Of a stretch of DNA of 64,000 nt, positions 1-7,770 are shown in pieces. Both the position numbers and the translations under genes were made by a program. The notes beneath the pieces were generated by a model, which saw only the letters and a program-made list of their open reading frames with translations, searched no databases and had not been told where the DNA came from. This stretch comes from Dehalococcoidia bacterium (GTDB taxonomy: Bacteria; Chloroflexota; Dehalococcoidia; Plut-88900). Location of the stretch: the NCBI GenBank assembly GCA_965197585.1, contig OZ240215.1, forward strand, positions 2,759,771 to 2,823,770, in the 5' to 3' direction. Position 1 is the stretch's first letter; every line of letters begins with the position of its first letter.

Positions 1-750
1 TTGGGGGTAGAGGGGGTGGGGTTCGTGTCGGATGACGAGCTCTTCCGACATCCGGTAGAGCACCTTTGCCAGTTTGACCCCCGCGTTCACGCCGTTCCTG
101 ATGTCCGACTGGCTGCTGTGCATCTGGGTGCCCTTCACCATCAGCGTGAAGCAGATCGCGCCCCGGCAGGCGGTGGCCAGGAAGTCGAGGCCCGACTCCA
201 TTCCAGACGGCTCACCGATGAGGCAGGCGTCGGCTTCCGCCAAGCCCTCACTGGCCATGTACTCTGCGCCGTAGTGACCGCCGTTCTCCTCGTCGGCGGT
301 GAAGGCAAGGACGAGTTCTCCGTTGAACGGAGCCCCCGTCTCCTTAATGGCGATGGCTCCATACAGCATGGCGGCTATGGGGCCCTTCATGTCCGCCGCG
401 CCTCGGCCGTAGAGTTCACCGTCGATGATCTCCGCGCCGTAGGGGTCGGCGCACCAATGGGAGCGCTCATCCTCTCCGACCGGTACGACGTCGGTGTGGC
501 CGTTATAGATGAGCCTCTTGCCGGGCCCCTCTCCCTTTAGGGTGGTGATGACGCTGGGCCGCTCCGGGTCGGAGGCAATGGTTATCGTGTCTCCCAGCGA
601 ATAGCGGTCTATGACCTCTCTCAGCGCCTCGGTCACTTCCCTTTCGCCGCCCGGCGGATTCTCCGATGGTCTCCGCAGGAGGGTCTGGGCCAGCCCGACT
701 AGCTCGTCACGCCTGGCGTCGATGGCATCCAGAATCCGGGACTCGTTCAT
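1..750 (-). CDS. M20-family metallopeptidase (ArgE/DapE/acetylornithine-deacetylase-like), N-terminal 250 codons; C-terminus lies off the left edge
   Basis: Not in the supplied ORF track because no stop lies inside the window. Hand translation of the reverse strand from ATG 750-748 gives MNESRILDAIDARRDELVGLAQTLL...LIYNGHTDVVPVGE...YGRGAADMKGPIAAML...FTADEENGGHYG..., open to position 1. GHTDVVP, GRGAxDMKG and DEExGG are M20 metal-site motifs. GGAGGG lies 6 nt upstream of the ATG. The listed ORF 1..540(+) is its antisense shadow. Confidence 0.75.
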   Translation of the reverse strand, partial: MNESRILDAIDARRDELVGLAQTLLRRPSENPPGGEREVTEALREVIDRYSLGDTITIASDPERPSVITTLKGEGPGKRLIYNGHTDVVPVGEDERSHWCADPYGAEIIDGELYGRGAADMKGPIAAMLYGAIAIKETGAPFNGELVLAFTADEENGGHYGAEYMASEGLAEADACLIGEPSGMESGLDFLATACRGAICFTLMVKGTQMHSSQSDIRNGVNAGVKLAKVLYRMSEELVIRHEPHPLYPQ

Positions 751-1067
751 CGTCATCCCTCCTTGAAAAGCTAAGTAAAGACGGGGCTTGGGGGAGAGTA
801 TATATCAGGCGGTAAATCTTATGATTGTCTCTGAATGTTTCTGATTGCTTCCGTGACTGTTTGATTGATCCGGGGAGAATTTTCCCGCGCTCCTCGGGGG
901 GATGAGCGTCGAGAAAAGGCGAGAATGCGGTAAAAGCCATGAGACATTATAGGGAGGTGGGGTGGGGGTGGGGCAAGGGGGTTCATGTCACTCGCCTCGG
1001 CGAGTCTTCGACTCTCCTCAGCGAGCCTACGGCCCCATCCCCTTTCACGCGGGAGGGGACACCCCCC

Positions 1068-2724
1068 GAGCCTGTCTCAAAAGGGAGTGGAGGTTTATGC
1101 ATCAGGGTAAACTTGGAGGGGAGAAGCTCTGAGTGGAGGTTATGGAGATGCCACTGAGACCGATGGGACGAGAGCAGGTGTGGATGCTGCCACCGACCCT
1201 GGATGAGATGGTGCCGGAAGATCATCCTGTGCGGTTCGTGGCGGAGTTCGTCGATGCATTGGATCGGGAGGACTGGGCAGAGATGGGAGTAGACATTGAC
1301 GGAAGCTGGACGGGAGCGCCGGCGTACCATCCCAGGGCATTGTTGGGGGTGTGGCTGTACGGATTCATGACGGGGGTAAGGTCGAGCCGCAAGCTGGAGG
1401 GGGCCTGCCGTGACCAGGTGCCGTATCTATGGTTGACGGGATGGCAGCGCCCAGATCACAACACGCTGTGGAGGTTTTACAAGAGCAATCGCCAGTCGAT
1501 GCGTAAACTGCTGAAGCGCACAGTGCAAACGGCGGTGAGGATGGACCTTATCGACCTGACGCTGCAGGCAGTGGACGGCACGAAGGTGGGTGCGAATGCG
1601 ACAGGAGACAGGACCCTGGATGGAGAAGGATTGGAGCGGCTGCTGAGGCGTGTGGACCAGTCGCTGAAGGAACTGGAGGCTGAGAACGAGACGGGTGAGG
1701 GTGCCGCACCCGCCCATCTGCCTGATGAGTTGACCGAGAAGACGGCGCTGAGAGAGAAGGTGCGCCGAGCTATGGACGAACTCTCGGAGCGTAGGGAACT
1801 TAGACAGATAAACCTCACGGATAAAGACGCACGTCTGATGAGGACTCGCCGGGGGATAGCGCCCTGCTACAACGCACAGGCGATGGTATCGCCGACGAAG
1901 ACCGACACAGGCGGGAAGGGCATGTTGATTACTGCAGTAGAGGTAGCCGATGATCCCGACGACCATTCCCAACTCGTTCCAATGCTTCAGAGGGCGGAGG
2001 AGACCACCGGCCTCAGGTCTGAGACGACGCTGGCCGATGCGGGCTATCACTCAGGGAGCAATCTGCAGCAGTGTGGGCGCAGAGAGCAGAAAGTTGTGAT
2101 GCCGGAGGCACAGGACCGGGCACTGGGCCGCCCCTATCACAAGGACCGGTTCGCCTACGATGAGGATACCGACAGCTACATCTGTCCACAGGGACAACGG
2201 CTACGCTTCACCAGAATCAAGCGCACCCGGGGGATACCGATGCGGCTCTACCGGGCCTCGGGGGCCATCTGCCGAGGGTGTCCGGTCTTCGGGGTGTGTA
2301 CGAGGGACGGCCGACATGGGCGAGGGCTTGAGATAGGGCCCCACGACACAGCCTTGCGCCGTCATCGGTCCTGGATGGGCAGTGATGAAGCCAGAGAGTT
2401 GTACCGTCGCAGGAAGGGTCTGGTAGAGCCGGTGTTCGGGATCATCAAAGAGCAGCAGGCGGCGCGTAGGTTCCTGCTGCGGGGCCTCAACAACGTGGCC
2501 GCCGAGTGGGGCCTGTTGGCGTCGGCCTTCAATCTGCGTACCCTGTGGCGGGTATGGCATGGCCGGACAACCCGCATATGGCGTCGCAATCTCATCCCAT
2601 CTTTGGTACACAACTCCATCATCGGCCACCCGGCATGAGCCGTCGTGACCGATCATTGCACATATAACACCCCATCTAGCCCTTCACTCTTGCCACACCC
2701 CACCCCACTTGTGAGACAGGCTCC
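1068..2724 (+). mobile_element. IS1182-family insertion sequence, copy 1 (1657 bp)
   Basis: Aligns with 4991..6647 with only a handful of SNPs. The shared block starts GAGCCTGTCTCAAAAGGGAGTGG and ends CCACTTGTGAGACAGGCTCC, which are imperfect terminal inverted repeats. It carries one 501-aa transposase ORF and is flanked by CCC (1065-1067) and CCC (2725-2727). Confidence 0.8.
1133..2638 (+). CDS. IS1182-family DDE transposase
   Basis: 501 aa. The N-terminus MLPPTLDEMVPEDHPVRFVAEFVDAL...PAYHPRALLGVWLYGFMTGVRSSRKLE...RPDHNTLWRF is the typical IS1182 N-terminal domain, and the DDE region contains ADAGYHSG. The start may be ATG 1142 or 1148 rather than GTG 1133. Confidence 0.9.
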   Translation: MEVMEMPLRPMGREQVWMLPPTLDEMVPEDHPVRFVAEFVDALDREDWAEMGVDIDGSWTGAPAYHPRALLGVWLYGFMTGVRSSRKLEGACRDQVPYLWLTGWQRPDHNTLWRFYKSNRQSMRKLLKRTVQTAVRMDLIDLTLQAVDGTKVGANATGDRTLDGEGLERLLRRVDQSLKELEAENETGEGAAPAHLPDELTEKTALREKVRRAMDELSERRELRQINLTDKDARLMRTRRGIAPCYNAQAMVSPTKTDTGGKGMLITAVEVADDPDDHSQLVPMLQRAEETTGLRSETTLADAGYHSGSNLQQCGRREQKVVMPEAQDRALGRPYHKDRFAYDEDTDSYICPQGQRLRFTRIKRTRGIPMRLYRASGAICRGCPVFGVCTRDGRHGRGLEIGPHDTALRRHRSWMGSDEARELYRRRKGLVEPVFGIIKEQQAARRFLLRGLNNVAAEWGLLASAFNLRTLWRVWHGRTTRIWRRNLIPSLVHNSIIGHPA

Positions 2725-2812
2725 CCCACTCGACCCTTCGAGTGCGCTCCCACCTCGGCGGATCCACCACAGGCGGATGTTCCATCTTCGACAGGGTGAG
2801 CGGCCCAGCCCA

Positions 2813-2848
2813 GGGATGGATTCCGGCTCGGGGGTGGGAATTACGGGG
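2813..2848. repeat. REP-like hairpin, family R2 (GGATGGATTCC...GGAAT.ACGG)
   Basis: GGGATGGATTCCGGCTCGGGGGTGGGAATTACGGGG has the same architecture as 18031-18060, 48215-48247 and 41965-42020. It lies in an intergenic region. Confidence 0.7.
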
Positions 2849-2895
2849 TGACGGTGGGATGAGGAGGCCGTACTTCGTGAGCGCGCAAGTCCTAG

Positions 2896-4090
2896 GAAAC
2901 CTCTGAACAAGTATAGGGGCATAGGTAATAGTAAGATAAGGAGAGTAAGGCCAAAGCTGAGGTGAGATTTGATGAAGCAGCCGACATTTGCAGACTTGGA
3001 ATACGAGGGCAAGAAGCGAAAGACCCGCCGGGAGATATTTCTGGAGCGGATGGAGGACCTGGTTCCATGGGGAAAGTTAGAGGAGCGAATCCGGCCCTAC
3101 TATTGCAGGGCAGGCCGTGGACGGAGGCCCTACGAGTTGTCGGTGATGCTGCGGATACACTGCGTGCAGCTGTTCTACAACCTGAGCGATCCGGGCATGG
3201 AGGACATGCTCTACGAGGTGGAGTCGGTGAGGCGGTTCACAGGTCTGAGGCTGTCCGGCCCCTTGCCTGACGAGACTACGATACTGAACTTCCGCCATCT
3301 GCTGGAAGAGCAGGAGTTGGGTCGGGGGCTGTTCGAGGAGATCAACCGTCATCTGGAGTCTCGGGGACTGAGGCTCAGGGAGGGTACGATTGTGGATGCG
3401 AGCATCATCGAGGCGCCGGCGTCTACGAAGAACCGTGCTGGAGAGCGAGACCCCGATATGCACCAGGTGAAGAAGGGGAAGGAGTGGCACTTCGGGATGA
3501 AAGTGCACATTGGTGCAGACGCTGACACGGGGGTGGTGCACAGTATGAGTACGACAGCTGCGAACGTGCATGACGTGACGGAGGCGCACCGGCTGCTGCA
3601 TGGAGGGGAGAGGCGAGTGTGGGGAGATGCGGGATATCAGGGAGTGGAGAAGCGGGCGGAGAATCGGGATATGGATGTGGAGTGGCGGGTGGCGATGAGA
3701 CCTGGACGGCGTCGGAAACTGAGGGCGGGGAGCTGCGAGGCCTTGGCGGAGAAGAGCAAATCATCCATCAGGGCTAAGGTGGAGCATCCGTTCCTGTACG
3801 TGAAACGGCACTTCGGCTACGCCAAGGTCCGCTACAGGGGCCTGTACAAGAACACGCAACGGGTGGCGATGCTGCTGGGGCTGGCCAACTTGGTAAGGGC
3901 CGAGCGCCACTTAGCGGTGTGACGGAGGAGCAGTGTGGTCAAATCCGGGTTGATGGTGACTGGATGCCCTGACAGGCCAGAACATAGGATGCAAATAAGC
4001 CACCGGGACGCAACATTACGACCCAACCTCTCCCCAAAACTCCATGCAAGACAACCTAAGCTGGTTTACAGTGAGTTGTTCAGAGCTTCC
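2896..4090 (+). mobile_element. IS5-family (IS5 group) insertion sequence, 1195 bp, with 4-bp CTAG target duplication
   Basis: The left end GAAACCTCTGAACAAG matches the reverse complement of the right end GGAAGCTCTGAACAAC at 13/16 positions. CTAG lies directly outside both ends (2892-2895 and 4091-4094). The size and CTAG duplication match canonical IS5. Confidence 0.85.
2972..3922 (+). CDS. IS5-family DDE transposase (InsH-like)
   Basis: It is collinear by eye with E. coli IS5 InsH: QPTFADLEYEGKKRKTRREIFLERME..VPW, GRRPYELSVMLRIHCVQLFYNLSD, TTILNFRHLLE, DASIIEAPSSTKN-like, HFGMKVHIGAD, DAGYQG and VEHPF..K..FGY.KVRYRGL.KN. Confidence 0.9.
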   Translation: MKQPTFADLEYEGKKRKTRREIFLERMEDLVPWGKLEERIRPYYCRAGRGRRPYELSVMLRIHCVQLFYNLSDPGMEDMLYEVESVRRFTGLRLSGPLPDETTILNFRHLLEEQELGRGLFEEINRHLESRGLRLREGTIVDASIIEAPASTKNRAGERDPDMHQVKKGKEWHFGMKVHIGADADTGVVHSMSTTAANVHDVTEAHRLLHGGERRVWGDAGYQGVEKRAENRDMDVEWRVAMRPGRRRKLRAGSCEALAEKSKSSIRAKVEHPFLYVKRHFGYAKVRYRGLYKNTQRVAMLLGLANLVRAERHLAV

Positions 4091-4124
4091 CTAGATTCCT
4101 CGCGGGGCCGCGGAATGACACGGG
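4091..4124. repeat. REP-like hairpin family R1, 3' portion (its 5' portion is at 2886-2895, separated by IS5)
   Basis: CTAGATTCCTCGCGGGGCCGCGGAATGACACGGG. Joined to CAAGTCCTAG at 2886-2895 it reproduces the uninterrupted copy at 56687-56733. Confidence 0.8.
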
Positions 4125-4173
4125 GGGGAGGGGACGGGGGTGGGGACGGGGGCTGATGTGAGAAAATGGATAT

Positions 4174-4791
4174 GTGAATGGGATGGACATAGACGTACCC
4201 CGGCCGACACCGGAGGACGGAAGGAACTTCTTACGGGCGCGATGGAAGATCATCGTGCCACTGCTTCTGGTGTTCGGCGGGCTGGTGGCGGTCTTGGTGT
4301 GGGGGGCGTTGGACAAGGACTCGGCCACGGGGGGGAGCGGGGCGACGAGGCCGGGGAAGGAGGCGCCAGCGTTCTCGCTGGAGTCATTCTCGGGGGGAGC
4401 GGTGTCGCTGGCCGATTTCAAAGGGCAACCTGTGATCATCAACTTCTGGGCGTCGTGGTGCGCGCCGTGCCGACAGGAAATGCCGGCACTGGAGACGACC
4501 TGGCAGCTCTTCCGAGAGCGGGATTTGGCCGTGGTGGGTATCAACCTGCCTAAGAGTGACCCCGAGGAGAGCGCCCGAGCATTTCTCGACGAGTTCGGCA
4601 TAAGTTATCCAAACGTCTTCGACACTAGAGGTTTTACGGCTATCGACTACGGGGTGTCGGGGATACCGGTTACATTCTTCGTGGACAGGGAGGGTGTCGT
4701 GACCCGGAGGTTCGTGGGGACGCTTACTGATGGGTCGTTGATGGTGTGGGCGGAAGAGTTGGTGGGGGGTGGGGAACCCTCACCCCCTTAG
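4174..4791 (+). CDS. TlpA/ResA-like membrane-anchored thiol:disulfide oxidoreductase (thioredoxin fold)
   Basis: It has an N-terminal TM helix (IIVPLLLVFGGLVAVLVWGAL), the motif NFWASWCAPCRQEMP with a CxxC, and YGVSGIPVTFFVD. Confidence 0.8.
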   Translation: MNGMDIDVPRPTPEDGRNFLRARWKIIVPLLLVFGGLVAVLVWGALDKDSATGGSGATRPGKEAPAFSLESFSGGAVSLADFKGQPVIINFWASWCAPCRQEMPALETTWQLFRERDLAVVGINLPKSDPEESARAFLDEFGISYPNVFDTRGFTAIDYGVSGIPVTFFVDREGVVTRRFVGTLTDGSLMVWAEELVGGGEPSPP

Positions 4792-4794
4792 TCC

Positions 4795-4912
4795 CCCTCT
4801 CCCGCCAAAGGCGGATCTTCGACACATTAGGGCCTTCAAGGGAGAGGGGGAGAAATGAATAGGGGCACCCATACGCGCAAAGCGCATATGGGTGCCCCTA
4901 ATTCGATACCTG
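4795..4912. repeat. Two-hairpin intergenic module, family C, copy 1
   Basis: Hairpin 1 is CCCTCTCCC...TTAGGGCCTTCAAGGGAGAGGG, here with an extra GGCGGATCTTCGACA insert in the loop. Hairpin 2 follows at 4862-4898: GGGGCACCCATACGCGC-AAA-GCGCATATGGGTGCCCC. The tail is TAATTCGATACC. Confidence 0.75.
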
Positions 4913-4990
4913 GGAACCACACCCAGAATCCACTTGACCCTTCGACTGTGCTCAGGGTATGTGGCCCCGCCTCCCCAGGGCAACCACGAG

Positions 4991-6647
4991 GAGCCTGTCT
5001 CAAAAGGGAGTGGGGGTTTATGCATCAGGGTAAACTTGGAGGTGACAAGCTCTGAGTGGAGGTTATGGAGATGCCACTGAGACCGATGGGACGAGAGCAG
5101 GTGTGGATGCTGCCACCGACCCTGGATGAGATGGTGCCGGAAGATCATCCTGTGCGGTTCGTGGCGGAGTTCGTCGATGCACTGGGACGGGAGGACTGGG
5201 CAGAGATGGGAGTAGACATTGACGGAAGCTGGACGGGAGTGCCGGCGTACCATCCCAGGGCATTGTTGGGGGTGTGGCTGTACGGATTCATGACGGGGGT
5301 AAGGTCGAGCCGCAAGCTGGAGGGGGCCTGCCGTGACCAGGTGCCGTACCTATGGTTGACGGGATGGCAGCGCCCAGATCACAACACGCTGTGGAGGTTT
5401 TACAAGAGCAATCGCCAGTCGATGCGTAAACTGCTGAAGCGCACAGTGCAAACGGCGCTCAGGATGGACCTTATCGACCTGACGCTGCAGGCAGTGGACG
5501 GCACGAAGGTGGGTGCGAATGCCAGCGGAGACAGGACCCTGGATGGAGAAGGATTGGAGCGGCTGCTGAGGCGTGTGGACCAGTCGCTGAAGGAACTGGA
5601 GGCTGAGAACGAGACGGGTGAGGGTGCCGCACCCGCCCATCTGCCTGATGAGTTGACCGAGAAGACGGCGCTGAGAGAGAAGGTGCGCCGAGCTATGGAC
5701 GAACTCTCGGAGCGTAGGGAACTTAGACAGATAAACCTCACGGATAAAGACGCACGTCTGATGAGGACTCGCCGGGGGATAGCGCCCTGCTACAACGCAC
5801 AGGCGATGGTATCGCCGACGAAGACCGACACAGGCGGGAAGGGCATGTTGATTACTGCAGTAGAGGTAGCCGATGATCCCGACGACCATTCCCAACTCGT
5901 CCCAATGCTTCAGAGGGCGGAGGAGACCACCGGCCTCAGGTCTGAGACGACGCTGGCCGATGCGGGCTATCACTCAGGGAGCAATCTGCAGCAGTGTGGG
6001 CGCAGAGAGCAGAAAGTTGTGATGCCGGAGGCACAGGACCGGGCACTGGGCCGCCCCTATCACAAGGACCGATTCGCCTACGATGAGGATACCGACAGCT
6101 ACATCTGTCCACAGGGACAACGGCTACGCTTCACCAGAATCAAGCGCACCCGGGGGATACCGATGCGGCTCTACCGGGCCTCGGGGGCCATCTGCCGAGG
6201 GTGTCCGGTCTTCGGGGTGTGTACGAGGGACGGCCGACATGGGCGAGGGCTTGAGATAGGGCCCCACGACACAGCCTTGCGTCGTCATCGGTCCTGGATG
6301 GGCAGCGATGAAGCCAGAGAGTTGTACCGTCGCAGGAAGGGGCTGGTAGAGCCGGTGTTCGGGATCATCAAAGAGCAGCAGGCGGCGCGTAGGTTCCTGC
6401 TGCGGGGTCTCAACAACGTGGCCGCCGAGTGGGGCCTGTTGGCCTCGGCCTTCAATCTGCGCACCCTGTGGCGGGTATGGCATGGCCGGACAACCCGCAT
6501 ATGGGGCCGCAATCTCATCCCATCTTTGGTACACAACTCCATCATCGGCCACCCGGCATGAGCCGTCGTGACCGATCATTGCACATATAACACCCCATCT
6601 AGCCCTTCACTCTTGCCACACCCCACCCCACTTGTGAGACAGGCTCC
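4991..6647 (+). mobile_element. IS1182-family insertion sequence, copy 2 (1657 bp)
   Basis: It has the same ends and length as 1068..2724. The two transposases differ at 6 residues. It is flanked by GAG (4988-4990) and GAG (6648-6650). Confidence 0.8.
5056..6561 (+). CDS. IS1182-family DDE transposase
   Basis: 501 aa, near-identical to the product of 1133..2638. Confidence 0.9.
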   Translation: MEVMEMPLRPMGREQVWMLPPTLDEMVPEDHPVRFVAEFVDALGREDWAEMGVDIDGSWTGVPAYHPRALLGVWLYGFMTGVRSSRKLEGACRDQVPYLWLTGWQRPDHNTLWRFYKSNRQSMRKLLKRTVQTALRMDLIDLTLQAVDGTKVGANASGDRTLDGEGLERLLRRVDQSLKELEAENETGEGAAPAHLPDELTEKTALREKVRRAMDELSERRELRQINLTDKDARLMRTRRGIAPCYNAQAMVSPTKTDTGGKGMLITAVEVADDPDDHSQLVPMLQRAEETTGLRSETTLADAGYHSGSNLQQCGRREQKVVMPEAQDRALGRPYHKDRFAYDEDTDSYICPQGQRLRFTRIKRTRGIPMRLYRASGAICRGCPVFGVCTRDGRHGRGLEIGPHDTALRRHRSWMGSDEARELYRRRKGLVEPVFGIIKEQQAARRFLLRGLNNVAAEWGLLASAFNLRTLWRVWHGRTTRIWGRNLIPSLVHNSIIGHPA

Positions 6648-6758
6648 GAGGGTTTGCCCCTACGGGGATAAGAAGGAGGGCGACCAGCCGATCGCCCCTA
6701 CGGGGGATAGAGGTGAGTTTGAACAGGGGGTCGGGGGAGATATAGAATAGGGCTAGTC

Positions 6759-7724
6759 TTGGAGGAGGCCTTTGCTTTGACGGAACCCTTAGATATAGCG
6801 CGTAGAATCCAAGAAAACGTTGAGAAGGTCATAGTCGGTAAGACGGAGGCTGTCCGCCTGGCGCTGATCTCTCTGATGTGCAACGGGCATATTTTGATCG
6901 ACGACGTGCCGGGGGTGGGGAAGACGATGCTGGCGAAGAGCATCGCAAAGAGCGTCGGGTGCAGTTTCAAGAGAATCCAGTTCACCCCCGACCTGCTCCC
7001 TTCCGACATCACGGGCGTCTCCATATACAACCCGAAGACCGAGACGTTCCAGTTCATGCCCGGTCCCTTGCTGGCCCAGGTAGTGCTGGCCGACGAGATA
7101 AATCGGGCCACGCCGAAGGCTCAGTCGGCGCTGCTGGAGAGCATGGAGGAGATGCAGATCACCGTGGACGGCGTTTCCCACATCTTGCCCAGGCCGTTTC
7201 TGGTGATGGCCACCGAGAACCCGCTGGAATACGAAGGCACATTCCCGCTTCCACAGGGGCAGATGGACAGGTTCCTGATGCGGATCAGCCCAGGGTACCC
7301 GACCGCGGCACAGGAGCTTTCGATCATCGACAATCAGAGGTTTATACACCCTATAGAGACGATCTCGGCGGTAAGCACCCCGGAAGAGATAATCACGCTG
7401 CAGGACGAGGTGCGCAAAGTCCACGTGGACCTCAGTTTGAAGAGGTACATAGTTTCGATAGTGGACGCGACCCGGCACGACCGGGACGTTTACCTGGGGG
7501 TGTCGCCGCGGGGGTCACTGGGGTTGTTCCGGTCGTCTCAGGCGAAGGCATTCCTGGAGGGCCGGGACTACGTTCTGCCGGATGACATCAAAGAGCTGAG
7601 CAAGCCCGTGCTGGCGCACCGTCTCATCACGAACCCCGGGGCCCGGTCCAGGGACATTACCGGGGCATCGTCGGTGGCGAAGATACTGGAGTCGGTGCCG
7701 GTACCGGGCGTAAAGGTCGGGTGA
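6759..7724 (+). CDS. MoxR-family AAA+ ATPase
   Basis: Walker A is GHILIDDVPGVGKTMLAK, Walker B is VVLADEINRATPK, and MATENPLEYEGTFPLPQGQMDRF is present. The start is TTG. It is the first gene of a MoxR-DUF58-transglutaminase cluster. Confidence 0.9.
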   Translation: MEEAFALTEPLDIARRIQENVEKVIVGKTEAVRLALISLMCNGHILIDDVPGVGKTMLAKSIAKSVGCSFKRIQFTPDLLPSDITGVSIYNPKTETFQFMPGPLLAQVVLADEINRATPKAQSALLESMEEMQITVDGVSHILPRPFLVMATENPLEYEGTFPLPQGQMDRFLMRISPGYPTAAQELSIIDNQRFIHPIETISAVSTPEEIITLQDEVRKVHVDLSLKRYIVSIVDATRHDRDVYLGVSPRGSLGLFRSSQAKAFLEGRDYVLPDDIKELSKPVLAHRLITNPGARSRDITGASSVAKILESVPVPGVKVG

Positions 7725-7770
7725 GGGGCGCCTTTCGGACGCCCGTCCAGGTCGTTCTCAAAGGTCTTCC

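Noticed and set aside
1-540. 179-aa ORF on the plus strand at the left edge
   Set aside because: It is the antisense shadow of a clear M20 peptidase gene on the reverse strand (1..750). Its composition (V/G/H/R-rich, no motifs) is typical of a high-GC artefact.
1068-6647. Composite transposon formed by the two IS1182 copies
   Set aside because: The outer flanks do not match (CCC versus GAG), whereas each copy has its own matching 3-bp flank. The cargo is only one gene plus an IS5. I kept it as a finding about recombination potential, not as a mobile unit.
6878-7585. Alternative-frame ORFs within moxR (235 aa plus strand, 229 aa minus strand)
   Set aside because: They overlap a gene with unambiguous AAA+ motifs, and their composition is Arg/Gly/Pro-rich.
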